64,000 nt of DNA. Source: Tubulanus polymorphus. Lineage: Eukaryota; Animalia; Nemertea. Position 1 is the first letter of the stretch. The number at the start of each line of letters is the position of its first letter. The stretch covers positions 16,052,950 through 16,116,949 of the forward strand of contig NC_134029.1 of assembly GCF_964204645.1 (NCBI RefSeq), in the 5' to 3' direction. Both the position numbers and the translations under genes were made by a program. The notes below the pieces were generated by a model, which searched no databases, was not told the DNA's origin, and was given only the letters and a program-made list of their open reading frames with translations. Below are positions 24,903 through 36,200 of this stretch, piece after piece.

Positions 24903-25456
24903 AATTCACTGTATATTGATGGATGAGTGGATGAATTGGATGAATTGGATGAATTGGAAGAGTGGATGAATGGAAGAGTGTAATAATATATAATTTTCAT
25001 ATGTTTTTTATTTTTAAAACAGTAAGAGTTTGATTTGAAGATGTCATATAATAATAAATATATTTTTATAAAATAATAAAATGACAGATAATAAATGTCA
25101 TATAATAATAAATATATTTTCATAAAATAATAAATAATAAAATGATAAATAATAAATATATTTTTATAAAATAATAAATAATAAAATGATAAATAATAAA
25201 ATGATAAATAATAAATATATTTTTATAAAATAATAAATAATAAAATGATAAATAATAAATGTCATATAATAATAAATATATATTGTGTTAAATTTAATAA
25301 AGAATAAAAATATTATATTTATACTCATACTATTCTTCCAATTTATGTGTTAAAAAGTAAAATATATATATAATTATACTCATTCACTCTTCCACTCATC
25401 CAATTCATCCAACTCTTCCAACTCATCCATTCATCCATCAATATATACAGTGAATT
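24903..25456. repeat. Large imperfect inverted repeat with 9-bp subunits and an AT-rich tandem core between the convergent gene blocks of B
   Basis: AATTCACTGTATAT..GATGGATG(A/G).. pairs with ..CATCCATC..ATATACAGTGAATT; core of AAATAATAAAATGAT units. Confidence 0.8.
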
Positions 25457-25467
25457 CTATAATCTTT

Positions 25468-26532
25468 TTAATTTTCATTTTCATATTTTTCTTTAAGCTT
25501 ATTGTATTCTAAATATATATCCATTTGCATTTTCCTTGATATAATTCCTGAACGATTCCCGAGTTTATATTTATAGAATTTTTCTCTTGAAAATATTTTT
25601 GGAATATAATTTTCGATTTCAGTTTTAGATGGATGTTTATTTAAAAATTCTCTAAAATCATCATATTTAAGTTCAAATAAGTTCATTGCATAACTTACAT
25701 TTGGTTTAAAGTTATCTAACTTTTTCAATATGGTAACTATATCATTACTCGAGAAATAATCTATAAATGTTTTTCTATACCACCGATAATCTAATATATT
25801 ACTATCATTTAATTTTGGATTTATAACTGTTGGATCTTCTATTACATTATCTGTACCAATATGTTTAATTGAGTATTTATGATTCAATTGTTTATCATAT
25901 ATTACATATTCTTTACATTTTTCACACCAAGATTTAAATACTTGTATTGCATGGGCCGAATCATTTCCACCTTTTGTTTTTAATTTATAATGTTTTGCCC
26001 AATTAGCCTTTGTTATACATTCATTACAGAAAGCACAATAATTCTGATCCTCTTTGCATTTATCTTTATATATATTGGCATATGTTTTTACTAATTGTAA
26101 AATATGTTCATCTTTTTTGATGTGTAATAAATAATCATTATAATTATCAAAATCTTCTTCACAATACATACATCTGATGTTATCTTTTGGTTGAACATTT
26201 GATTTTTCTATTTTAGGTTCAATATTATGTTCTATTTTAGGTTCAATATTATCGTCATTCGATGTAGAAGGTATAACATTATCTTCTATTTTAGGTTCAA
26301 TATTATCTTTTATTTTAGGTTCAATATTATCTTTTATTTTAGGTTCAATATTATCTTCTATTTTTATATCAATATTATTATTACGTTCAATTAAATATTC
26401 TTTGTATTGATTTAATTCATTTAATAAAAATGTTCCAATATATTCATTTATTCTTTTATAAGGTATTACATAATACAAATCATCATTGATTTCTTTATCA
26501 GCTTTGATTCTTTCATATACTTTACCTTCCAT
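25468..26532 (-). CDS. Multi-zinc-finger protein with DNIEPKI 7-aa repeats
   Basis: CMYC..H..H, CAFC..H, CEKC..H motifs; 21-bp tandem repeats at ~26200-26360. Confidence 0.75.
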   Translation of the reverse strand: MEGKVYERIKADKEINDDLYYVIPYKRINEYIGTFLLNELNQYKEYLIERNNNIDIKIEDNIEPKIKDNIEPKIKDNIEPKIEDNVIPSTSNDDNIEPKIEHNIEPKIEKSNVQPKDNIRCMYCEEDFDNYNDYLLHIKKDEHILQLVKTYANIYKDKCKEDQNYCAFCNECITKANWAKHYKLKTKGGNDSAHAIQVFKSWCEKCKEYVIYDKQLNHKYSIKHIGTDNVIEDPTVINPKLNDSNILDYRWYRKTFIDYFSSNDIVTILKKLDNFKPNVSYAMNLFELKYDDFREFLNKHPSKTEIENYIPKIFSREKFYKYKLGNRSGIISRKMQMDIYLEYNKLKEKYENEN

Positions 26533-26564
26533 TTATTATATACATTTTTATTAAAGTTAAAATT

Positions 26565-27812
26565 TTAATACATAACACTATCTAATTGTGAATTTATAAT
26601 ATTTAATTGTGCGTCAGATATAATATAAATATGCATTTTAAAATTTTTGATTCCCTTTTTCTTTGTCATGAATAATTGTATTCCATCTTTAGTGTTTTGT
26701 AGTTTTTTTCCAGAACCATGTAATGAATTATCTTCAGTTGTTCTAAAATCTAACCATAATGCAAATTTATTACCGGTATAATAGTCAATTTGATTAATGT
26801 TACAATTTTCAAATGATTTTACTTTTTCATTCATAAAATGTTTTCTAATTTCTGGCCACTGATCTATCATTCTCATTCCTTGACAAAATATTTTATTTGC
26901 TATTCCTTCGATAGTTATTTCTACTTTTGTTATTTCAGGATTATAATAATTATCAACATTTATTGCACCATTAGTATACGTTCCAATAGTAAAAAATATT
27001 AATATACCTTTAATAGATCTTCTTGGGAAGTTAATATTCTCATTAATTATTTCATCATTTGCATTAATAGTTACAGTTTTAAATTTATCAATATAATCAT
27101 ATAATAATGAAAACCCTTGATTGTATTGAGTTTGAATTGTTCTAGCAATATTTTCATCAGTTACTGTATCATATTCTAAACATATATTCGATAATTTATA
27201 ACTCATATCTTTATTAACGCTAGATAATACAATTTCATTTACAGGTGCAAATGTTATCTCAAATATAATATCTTCTTGAATTGCGTATTTATATAAAGGT
27301 GCATTATTATTTATCAATTCAAAGTCTAATGGAATTTTATATTTGCTTCCATATATACTTTTTATCAATTTATCTACATCATTTGTTAATATTGCGCTAT
27401 TAGCTTCTGATCTTAATTTATTTTGGTTTTCTGATTGAATACCTTGAAATATCATATTATTTCTATTTTCTTTTGTTAACCATAAATCTTTATAATGTGA
27501 AAATAAATTATAATCATCTAATGAGAAAACTGTTTCCGGACCAATCTTTATTGTTAACTTTTTAATCAAATATCTTCCAACATTATCAACGACATAATTA
27601 TTATTATTACCGATTACTTTTATATCAGCGGATAAATAAATACTGTTTGGAACATAAAAAGTATTTTGTGTTAATCGAGGGATTCTAACATATAAAGTTT
27701 CATCGGGATTAATATTTGAAGGGTTATGAGTAATTATATGATGTGATCTTTCTGCTTTAATAGCGTTAGATATTCTAGAAATCTTAGAAGGACTTATATA
27801 ACTCCCACTCAT
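26565..27812 (-). CDS. Major capsid protein (double jelly-roll), B copy
   Basis: 415 aa, near-identical to the A and C copies. Confidence 0.82.
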   Translation of the reverse strand: MSGSYISPSKISRISNAIKAERSHHIITHNPSNINPDETLYVRIPRLTQNTFYVPNSIYLSADIKVIGNNNNYVVDNVGRYLIKKLTIKIGPETVFSLDDYNLFSHYKDLWLTKENRNNMIFQGIQSENQNKLRSEANSAILTNDVDKLIKSIYGSKYKIPLDFELINNNAPLYKYAIQEDIIFEITFAPVNEIVLSSVNKDMSYKLSNICLEYDTVTDENIARTIQTQYNQGFSLLYDYIDKFKTVTINANDEIINENINFPRRSIKGILIFFTIGTYTNGAINVDNYYNPEITKVEITIEGIANKIFCQGMRMIDQWPEIRKHFMNEKVKSFENCNINQIDYYTGNKFALWLDFRTTEDNSLHGSGKKLQNTKDGIQLFMTKKKGIKNFKMHIYIISDAQLNIINSQLDSVMY

Positions 27813-27832
27813 TTATTTAACAAAAAAATTAA

Positions 27833-29256
27833 TTATTTATTTTTTATCATATTCACTAAACCAAAAATAATAGCACTTACAATTGTAATTAAAAATAAAA
27901 TAATATGTTCAGCAGCAAAGTTAAGAATATTACCTGCAGACTTCAATATAAAACCAACAATTGAAGCAATAACTCCTGGCAATGCTGCAGCAGATTTTTT
28001 AGATAGTTCCCATAAATATTTTGCTAATTTCTTTAAACCATCCTTTACTTTATCTTGTATAGAATTATTACCTGGAGGTTTATCTGGTTTATTTGGAGTA
28101 GGAGTAGATTTCAAAGCATTTGATATTGCTAAACCAATTGTTGTAAATAACATAGTTACAGCTGTTAGAATTGAAAGAATTGTTATTCCTTCTAATTTAA
28201 ATAATAATTTTATTCTGTCTTTTAATGATATTTCAGAATTTGGTTTTATCAACAAATCTTTAAAAATAACTTTTAATCTATTAATATTATAATCGTATGA
28301 TTTTAATAATGATTTAATTTCTTCTTTTTGTAATTCTATGTTATATTCTAAATCATCAATTTCTTTTTCTAAATATGCATTTCTTTTTTTAAATTCAATT
28401 TCTTCAATAACTTTATTATCTCTATCTAATTTTAATTGTTCTATTTCTTTATTTTTATCAGTTAATTCTTTTTCTAAAGTTCTAATTTTAAAATCTCTTA
28501 TACTTTTATTATGTGCAATTTTATCAGCTTCATTTCTTATACTAATAATTTCTCTAATTGCTTCATCAGAAAATATATTTAAATTTTCTAATTCTTGATC
28601 TGTTGCATCAAGTAATCCATTTGGTAAAAGTTTTTCAGTTTGAACTTCGCTTGAATTAGGTTTACTAGTTTTGGAATTAATAACTTCTTTAGGAATTTTT
28701 TTTTGTCTTAAATTTTCATTAATTATCTTAAAAAATTTAGCATTTCTTTGTTTAAATTCTTTTAAATTATCAGATCTTTCTTTTTCTGTAACATCAGTTA
28801 TAACATCATTATTGATTTTCTTAATTCTAGATTGTTCTAATAAATTAAAAGTTGATTGTGTTATTATTTTATCACCACTTTTAAGATTTGAAATCTTAAA
28901 ATAATAGTCGCCTTTCAATTTCCAATAATATTCACCATTTAAATATTTCAAATCTTCTACTAAATGATCCATACCTTTATTTGTTATATTGAAACCAGAT
29001 TTTTTTAACATTGGTTAAAATCATGAATAATTTCATTATAATTGTATTCTTTTTCTGTTATTTCTGGTACTTCATTTTCAATACTTATCTTTGAACGTGC
29101 TTTGTCAATAAATTGGGGTGTAGTTAAATTAGAATTATATGCTGATTCATTACCATCATTAAAACTTGTTTCATCAAAATCAGGTGGTTGTTCATCAGTT
29201 ATACCAGGTTCATCAAAAGGATCCAATGGAATATCTTCTACACCTTCTACATCCAT
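27833..29256 (-). pseudogene. Acidic/coiled-coil membrane protein, split by a single frameshift near 29010
   Basis: ORFs 29005-29256 and 27833-29011 together match the single 484-aa ORF at 56393-57847. Confidence 0.8.
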
Positions 29257-29272
29257 TTACATAATAAAAAAA

Positions 29273-30574
29273 TTAAAATTTAAAATATAATATATCTCCG
29301 ATTACAATTCCTATACAAGTTATAGCTAATTTAGTATTTTCATGGGATTTATTATCATCATTTAGTTTAATTATATCATGTTGAATTTTATCAGTTCTAT
29401 TATTTTCTGATGTATTGTAATCTTTTATTTTAGAATCATTATTTAATTTAATATTCTTAGTTTTAGTTTCAGTTGATTGAATGTGTTTTTTATTTTTTTC
29501 ACCTTCCATTAATTTTGGAGCAGTAATAATCTTTTTATTTATATCATTCAATCCAAATGAATTATTTATTGTTGCAGTTTTAATTAGATTATTATAACCA
29601 ATTATGTTTCCCATCTTTAATACTAAATCATTAGAAATAATTAATAGATTAGGGCCTATACAATAATTAAGTCTTACATGAGATTTATCTAAATAATTTT
29701 GATATCTTATAATGTTTTCTGGAATCGATCTATTTTTATCATCATGTATGGAATCTTCAAATAAAACTTTAAACTGTTTCTGCGCATCGAATGAAGTGTT
29801 ATCATTTCCAATTATTGGGGATCTTGTTTCAACTTGAGCGCCTAGAATACATATCAAATAAATTCTAATAGATTGATTTATTCTTTGTATACCTGATTTT
29901 GTAAAACCTTCACCATTTTCTAAAATGAAATTAACCCAACCATTATTATTATCAATTTTATAATTATGATAAGCTGAAATTCTATGCATATAATCAATTC
30001 TTTTTATTTCAAACTCTTCACCAACACCTTGCAATTTACCATGCGCTCTAAAATCGGAATTAATATTTATATTAAATTCATTACATATTTTATAAAACTT
30101 GGATATATTAATATTATTATCCAATTCTTTAAAATATTTAGACCCGGGTAAAGGACATTCTAATTCATTTAATATTATTCTGATTTGAAAATATGTGTGA
30201 AATCTAAATATTGTGTGAATTAATTTTAAATCAGAATACTTCAAATTTTTATCTAAGTTATTTAAATGATCATTCCAACTTATTCCACATCCTGTTGTTG
30301 CACAATAAACAGCAAAATTTAATTGATTCTGCCAATATTTCATATTAGATTTTACTTTATATATATGATATTCATCTCGAGTAAAAGTAACTTCATATGT
30401 ATTAAATATATTTTCCATTTTAGAAATAAAAAACTGTGATTCAGTAACATAAATTTCTAAATTAGTTAATGAATTTAAAACTACATTTTTATATGTAATA
30501 TTTTTCTTAAAATCTATTGCTGGAATATTATATTTAATTGATTTATTATATTGGAAAGCTTTTGGAAACCCCAT
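29273..30574 (-). CDS. Conserved 433-aa Polinton protein with C-terminal TM anchor
   Basis: YWQNQLNFAVYCATTGCGIS, YLICILGAQVETR; hydrophobic tail. Homologues in A, C and D. Confidence 0.82.
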   Translation of the reverse strand: MGFPKAFQYNKSIKYNIPAIDFKKNITYKNVVLNSLTNLEIYVTESQFFISKMENIFNTYEVTFTRDEYHIYKVKSNMKYWQNQLNFAVYCATTGCGISWNDHLNNLDKNLKYSDLKLIHTIFRFHTYFQIRIILNELECPLPGSKYFKELDNNINISKFYKICNEFNININSDFRAHGKLQGVGEEFEIKRIDYMHRISAYHNYKIDNNNGWVNFILENGEGFTKSGIQRINQSIRIYLICILGAQVETRSPIIGNDNTSFDAQKQFKVLFEDSIHDDKNRSIPENIIRYQNYLDKSHVRLNYCIGPNLLIISNDLVLKMGNIIGYNNLIKTATINNSFGLNDINKKIITAPKLMEGEKNKKHIQSTETKTKNIKLNNDSKIKDYNTSENNRTDKIQHDIIKLNDDNKSHENTKLAITCIGIVIGDILYFKF

Positions 30575-30590
30575 TTATATAATTAAAAAA

Positions 30591-31025
30591 TTAATAATTT
30601 ATTAATTCTTTTAATAATTTATCTTGTTCTTCAACTGTTATATGACCATTTAAACTTATTATATAATCTAGTGTGTTCTTTAATTTATTTATTTCTTTTA
30701 TATTAGATTTTATTTTTTCTTTATTACTTTTTATATTTAATTTTGAACTTATACCAGTTAAAACACTTGAACTTAATCCTAACACACCAATTGATATAGC
30801 TAAAGGTGTTAATGGACTAAATATTGCTAGAAATGTTATTACAGAACTAATTGTAACCGAACCACTAATAATCAAATAATATATAATTTTACTTTTTAAA
30901 TATTTTTTCTTTTTTATCTTTAAGTCACTTTCAAATTCTAATATTTGTTTTTCTAAATATATTTTTAATTTAGTTTTATTTATATCATGAGGAATAATAT
31001 CAATACTATCAACTTTATCTTCCAT
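30591..31025 (-). CDS. 144-aa two-TM protein
   Basis: Two adjacent hydrophobic helices flanked by charged helices; conserved in D, remnants in A and C. Confidence 0.8.
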   Translation of the reverse strand: MEDKVDSIDIIPHDINKTKLKIYLEKQILEFESDLKIKKKKYLKSKIIYYLIISGSVTISSVITFLAIFSPLTPLAISIGVLGLSSSVLTGISSKLNIKSNKEKIKSNIKEINKLKNTLDYIISLNGHITVEEQDKLLKELINY

Positions 31026-31044
31026 TTATTTAGAATAAAAATTA

Positions 31045-31467
31045 CTAATTAGTAAACTTATAAGCAACAAATATAACAATAACTGTTCCACCTAAAATCC
31101 ATATTATTTCATATTTCTGTTGTTCTTTACTCGGGGTATAATAATCTGATATTGTAGGTTTATGTAGATGTAATTTTTCTTTATTTGTTACTGCGTTATA
31201 TAAACTCATTGCATCATCAACTGATTGAAAATCTCTATGTGAAATCTTCTGATCATATAATTCTTTGTTAATATAATCCATATAGTTTTGCCTCTTTTCT
31301 CTATATTCTTCTGCAGCTTTATTGTATTTCTCTAACGCTAAGTTATGTCTTCTTTGTTCTCCTAATGAACTATTTTTATCAATATGTTTAAATAAATATC
31401 CACCACCATTAAATGCTAAAGCGTTAACAATTGCCGATCCTATAATAGTTATAATTGCAGAAGCCAT
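31045..31467 (-). CDS. 140-aa protein with hydrophobic N- and C-termini
   Basis: MASAIITIIGSAIVNALAF..RHNLALEKY..IIWILGGTVIVIFVAY. Confidence 0.8.
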   Translation of the reverse strand: MASAIITIIGSAIVNALAFNGGGYLFKHIDKNSSLGEQRRHNLALEKYNKAAEEYREKRQNYMDYINKELYDQKISHRDFQSVDDAMSLYNAVTNKEKLHLHKPTISDYYTPSKEQQKYEIIWILGGTVIVIFVAYKFTN

Positions 31468-31492
31468 TTATTTAGCAAAAAAAATTATGCAT

Positions 31493-31714
31493 TTATATGG
31501 GAGGAATATATTTTTGTTTTTCCAAATAATCAATGGTTAAATTAGACAAAGTAACTGCTAATGTTAACTTTAAAATATCATTTATATCAAATCTATCAAC
31601 ATTAACACTTCCCATTTTGAATACTTTTTTTAATACCATTGAATAACCAACCGTTCCAACTGATAGTAATGCGCCATTATATAATCCAGTTATTATCCAC
31701 TTATTATCACTCAT
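31493..31714 (-). CDS. 73-aa hydrophobic protein
   Basis: Almost invariant in B, C and D. Confidence 0.78.
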   Translation of the reverse strand: MSDNKWIITGLYNGALLSVGTVGYSMVLKKVFKMGSVNVDRFDINDILKLTLAVTLSNLTIDYLEKQKYIPPI

Positions 31715-32056
31715 TTATTTATCAAAAAAATTACTATCATCAAAATATTTAGTTATCTTAGTGATGATTATTTCAACATTTATTTCATTACTAGTTTTAT
31801 GATTATCATATATTTTGGATAATATGTTTTTGATATCTTCAATAATTCCATCTTCATTTAATTCATAATATTCTAAAGGTGATTTAATTAAATCAATTAC
31901 TTTTTCTATATTATACTTTTCTTTATCAATCATTGATGCATTGTTAAATGATTTACTTTTTATATCAGTAATTACATCATTTAGTTTAATTCTCATTTCT
32001 TTACCATGTTTAAAATCAAACCCAAAACATATACTCGGTCCAACAGTTATATTCAT
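31715..32056 (-). CDS. Hypothetical protein (MNITVGPSICFGFDF family)
   Basis: Conserved ends, variable middle among copies. Confidence 0.75.
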   Translation of the reverse strand: MNITVGPSICFGFDFKHGKEMRIKLNDVITDIKSKSFNNASMIDKEKYNIEKVIDLIKSPLEYYELNEDGIIEDIKNILSKIYDNHKTSNEINVEIIITKITKYFDDSNFFDK

Positions 32057-32072
32057 TTATATAATGAAAAAA

Positions 32073-32834
32073 TTACTCTCTACATCTTATAACTAATTCA
32101 TATATTACAGGAAAGTTATTTAAATCAATTAAGTATCCATTATGATTTCTAATTTCTAATCTAAAATTATTAAAACGAGGAATGCATGGTTTGAAATCAC
32201 ATTCTGTTAAATTATAATTTATTTGCGTTCCAAATTCTTTAACATTCTTCAATGGTAAAATGTTTAGTAAACCAGAATTACAAGTTATATCTTTAGTTGC
32301 TTCGAATGTTTTTGTAGGATCAATTAAATTGCAATAAATATAAAAATGTGTGTAAGGTATTAAGTTTGGTGTAGTAGCGTCAATATTTGTAAAAGATCTA
32401 TCTGGAAGAATTCCTAACAGTTTAGCTATAGGTTTTTTTACCATAAATTTATGTTTTTTACTATTAGACAACCTTATCTTTATTCTATCAGAACTCTCAC
32501 TTTTTAAAAATCTAATACTAAACCCAGAACTACTACCTAATTTGTGCCAGGCTTTTCTATTAATTTCTTGTGCTAATGTATCTAAATTATATAACCCCGG
32601 TTTTAAATATATATAGGCCCATTCATTTTTATCTTTATTAAAAATTAAAAAAGCTCTATGTTCAATAGTTTTATTCGATATATTGTAAAAAAAATTACAT
32701 AAACTTATATTTACTAATTTCAAATCTACACAATTCTTGAATTCTCTATCTAATTGTACTAATAAATTATGTGATTTATAATTTGTAAGTCTTCTAGAAT
32801 CAACAAATATTCTGTATTCTTTTAATTCCGCCAT
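32073..32834 (-). CDS. Minor capsid protein (single jelly-roll, penton-like)
   Basis: IFVDS, LKPGLYN, IAKLLG, IYCNLID, LNILP, FRLEIRNHNGYLIDLN pattern typical of Polinton/virophage pentons. Confidence 0.78.
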   Translation of the reverse strand: MAELKEYRIFVDSRRLTNYKSHNLLVQLDREFKNCVDLKLVNISLCNFFYNISNKTIEHRAFLIFNKDKNEWAYIYLKPGLYNLDTLAQEINRKAWHKLGSSSGFSIRFLKSESSDRIKIRLSNSKKHKFMVKKPIAKLLGILPDRSFTNIDATTPNLIPYTHFYIYCNLIDPTKTFEATKDITCNSGLLNILPLKNVKEFGTQINYNLTECDFKPCIPRFNNFRLEIRNHNGYLIDLNNFPVIYELVIRCRE

Positions 32835-32851
32835 TTATTTTACATATTTTC

Positions 32852-33193
32852 TTATTCGAAATCTATTTCATGGTGCCCTTTTTCATTCTTACCTTTGTAT
32901 ACGAAATAGAAATCTCCAGAACATAATTCTTCTAGATCTTCACTTGATAATCTATGAAATCTATCTGGTAAATAAGTTCTGAATTTATATTTATTTCCTT
33001 TTAATCCTTCATATTCTAAATGAATTACTAATTTATCTCCATATTTGTTAGTAATTGTTTCAATGTTAGTAATTAAATATTTCTTGTGAATTGTTAACTC
33101 AGTTAGTTTTTTGAATTTATAATCTACAGATTTTACATTTGTGGTATCTTTAATTCTATCTAAGAATTCACTGTGTACTTGTTTACTCTCCAT
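32852..33193 (-). CDS. Small conserved protein, possible OB-fold ssDNA-binding protein
   Basis: Directly downstream of pPolB; homologue at 10192. Confidence 0.6.
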   Translation of the reverse strand: MESKQVHSEFLDRIKDTTNVKSVDYKFKKLTELTIHKKYLITNIETITNKYGDKLVIHLEYEGLKGNKYKFRTYLPDRFHRLSSEDLEELCSGDFYFVYKGKNEKGHHEIDFE

Positions 33194-33221
33194 TTATTAT
33201 ACAAATTTTTATTGAAATTGA

Positions 33222-36200
33222 TTAACACGTTAGAATCCTTTTCATAATTTCATTTTCTTTTGTTTCTTCTCTTTTGAATTTTATATATTCATCTAAATTG
33301 CAACCATAGGCGACTGTGTGGATTCCATCATCTAAAATATATCTTTTATCATCAAATGGGTTTAGACTTATCTTCTCTATCTCTTCAATATACATTTCAT
33401 GATCTTCAGATCTTAAACATTTCATCTTATGTTTTCTAACTTCTTCATTAAATATACAATTGATGTAATCTTTGAAATGAATATTCTTTTCTACTACACT
33501 TTTAGTAATTCCTTTTAACTTTTTAGCTTCATGTTCTTTAGTTTTATATGAATACATTTTAGATCTAATACCAATGAACTCTATCATTTCTTCACCACCT
33601 AATTCATCCTTAAACTTACCAGGAACTTTTTTATTATCATTGCTAAACAATTCATGATTTTTTGGATAATTACTAAAATCAAAATGGTATTTTAATATTT
33701 TTAAATCATCATTTATATTATCACTTTTTATTTTTAATATATAACTGTCAGTATCTAGATATAATATTTCTATATTTTTTTCTCCAAAATGGGGTTGTAA
33801 TATGTTATAGTAAAATTTATACATTAGTAATTTTGAAATTTCTAAAACCGATGCTCCAACATAAATAGGTTTATTGAACTTCATAGAAGTTCTTTTTAAT
33901 TTAACTGCTGCTAAATTTTCATCGAATATTCTATTACCTATGAATTTCGGATACGATTGTAAATGTCTAATTCTTTTACCATTACTAACTAACTCAATAT
34001 CATTTCTATTTCTTATGTTTTCACAAGTCTTACCATAGAATGCATTATTCATTAACTTGAAGAAATCTTTCTCAAAATCAGTTTTAGCTTCAGTTCTCTG
34101 TGTAGTATTAAAATCTATATATTTTTCTAACCATTTAGATTGACTGAATGAAATATATCTATGTACTTTTTTTAATATCATTCCTTGATTCAAATAAAAC
34201 TTCAACATTCTATAATGCACAACGTAATTATATTTATCTTCTTGAGTCACCATTAACTTTTCAGTATGAATATGATTATCGGGTTTAATTCTTTTTTGAT
34301 AATTTGATAATTCTTCATGTTTAACAGTTTTATGTTCGGGACAATATGCTAGATTTCTAGATTTGAATTTAATATTTTCAGGGTATTCTAAATCTACAAC
34401 AAAGAAGTAACCAGTATCTGAATCATCTGCAATATCTAGGATTCTTTTCTTCCAATCAAATTTATCAATTTGTAAAACTTCAGTTATTTCAAACATCCCA
34501 TAAGGTTGTGGTTCCATCATTGCCCAACCATACAAATTATTTGCATCTATATATAATAACTTATATCCAGGGTTATCATTTACATTGAAATATCTATCAA
34601 CTAATACACCTGAAACACCTCCTCTTATAGATTTTTCAAATAATAGTAATTGATCTATATTTGTTAACAAATCCATTTTTATATCTGTAAATTTTAATCC
34701 ACAATCCCATGTTAATCCTGGTGATGAATAACAATGACAAGGATCAATGTTAAAATATTTTAGGTTTACATCTCTAAACCTTTCGAATATATCGGTTAAT
34801 AATAATACATCTGATTTTAAATATAAATCTACTAATTGTCCATGATTTTTAATTTCAAAATGATTCCAAATATGCAATGTTCTATTATAAACTTCATCTT
34901 TAACATATTCATTTTTTAATTCATCATAGAATTGTTCTTTCAATAATTCAGTTATGTTAAAATCATTATGATTTTTATAGAAAGAATATGGAATCGCTCC
35001 TTTATATCTCATTAATTTAAAATCATCATAATTTGGGTAATATTCTTTTAATATCTTTAATTCATCATCAACTAATGATTTTGATAAGTTATCTAATGAA
35101 CTATTTAAAAATCTATATGAATCTATAAATCTTAGACAACCAAATTGGAATGATATATAATTCTCAGATGTTTTAGCTAACATTCTAAATTTATAAGTTG
35201 GTATTTTATCTTTTGATCTATTTGAATTTAATATTTCTATTTCATTATTGATTTCTTCTATTTTATGACATAACTGTTTGATGAATAAATGTGCATCATA
35301 TCCTGATAGATTATGAAATATAACTGGTACAAAATTAATTTTCTTAGCTTGTAAGTTACAATTCTCATGTGCAGCGCCTCTAAACTTTCCATTCAAATGA
35401 TCATGGTCTCTTACTTTTTTATCTTTATAATTAAATATCTTTTCACAATAATAACATTTATCTGCAAACTCAAATGCTTCTTTATCTTCTTCTGTCATAA
35501 TTATTTCTTTATTTGTATTCAATAATTTACTAAATCTTATTTCATATTCAATTAATAAGTCACAAAAATGATTGATAACATTTTCATTTCTATAATGATA
35601 ATATTCACTTTCAATTAGTTCTGGATAATCAGATTTAATATATAACCCGAAAGCTGCAGCTGATTGATGAATCTTTTTAATAGTATTTGTTTTTGGAGGT
35701 TCTTCTGAATAATCACTTTCATTAGAATTTAATTTCTTTCTTTTATAATATATATCTTTTCTATCTTTATCTGTTAATTCTTTATTTAATGATTCAAAAT
35801 CTCCATATATTACAAATGGTACTTTATTTTTGTAATCATATTTTTTGAATTCTAATATTTTATCCTTTTCATTTGGTAAAACTAATTTACAATAATCATG
35901 ATTATCGCATAGTTGTTTATGATTTAATAATGCACCTTCAGTTCTGAATTTATGTAAACATTTTCTACATAGATATATTTTATTATCAAAATCATTTTCT
36001 GATTTAAAAAATAAATCGATTTGTTTAATCCACATATAATGATTCTCATAATATAGTATATCTATAACATCATTTGAATCATAATCTTTTGATAGATATA
36101 AAGGTTCTAATGTATAATGTTTAATATTATTTCCTTTTGTATTTGGTAATTTGATTAAATCAAATACATTTATCTTTATATTATTATCTCTTTCTATTTT

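Noticed and set aside
24884-25123. 79-aa ORF
   Set aside because: Translation of the intergenic repeat; absent from A and C.
29000-29020. Programmed frameshift in the coiled-coil gene
   Set aside because: C has one continuous ORF; loss of a single A explains B.
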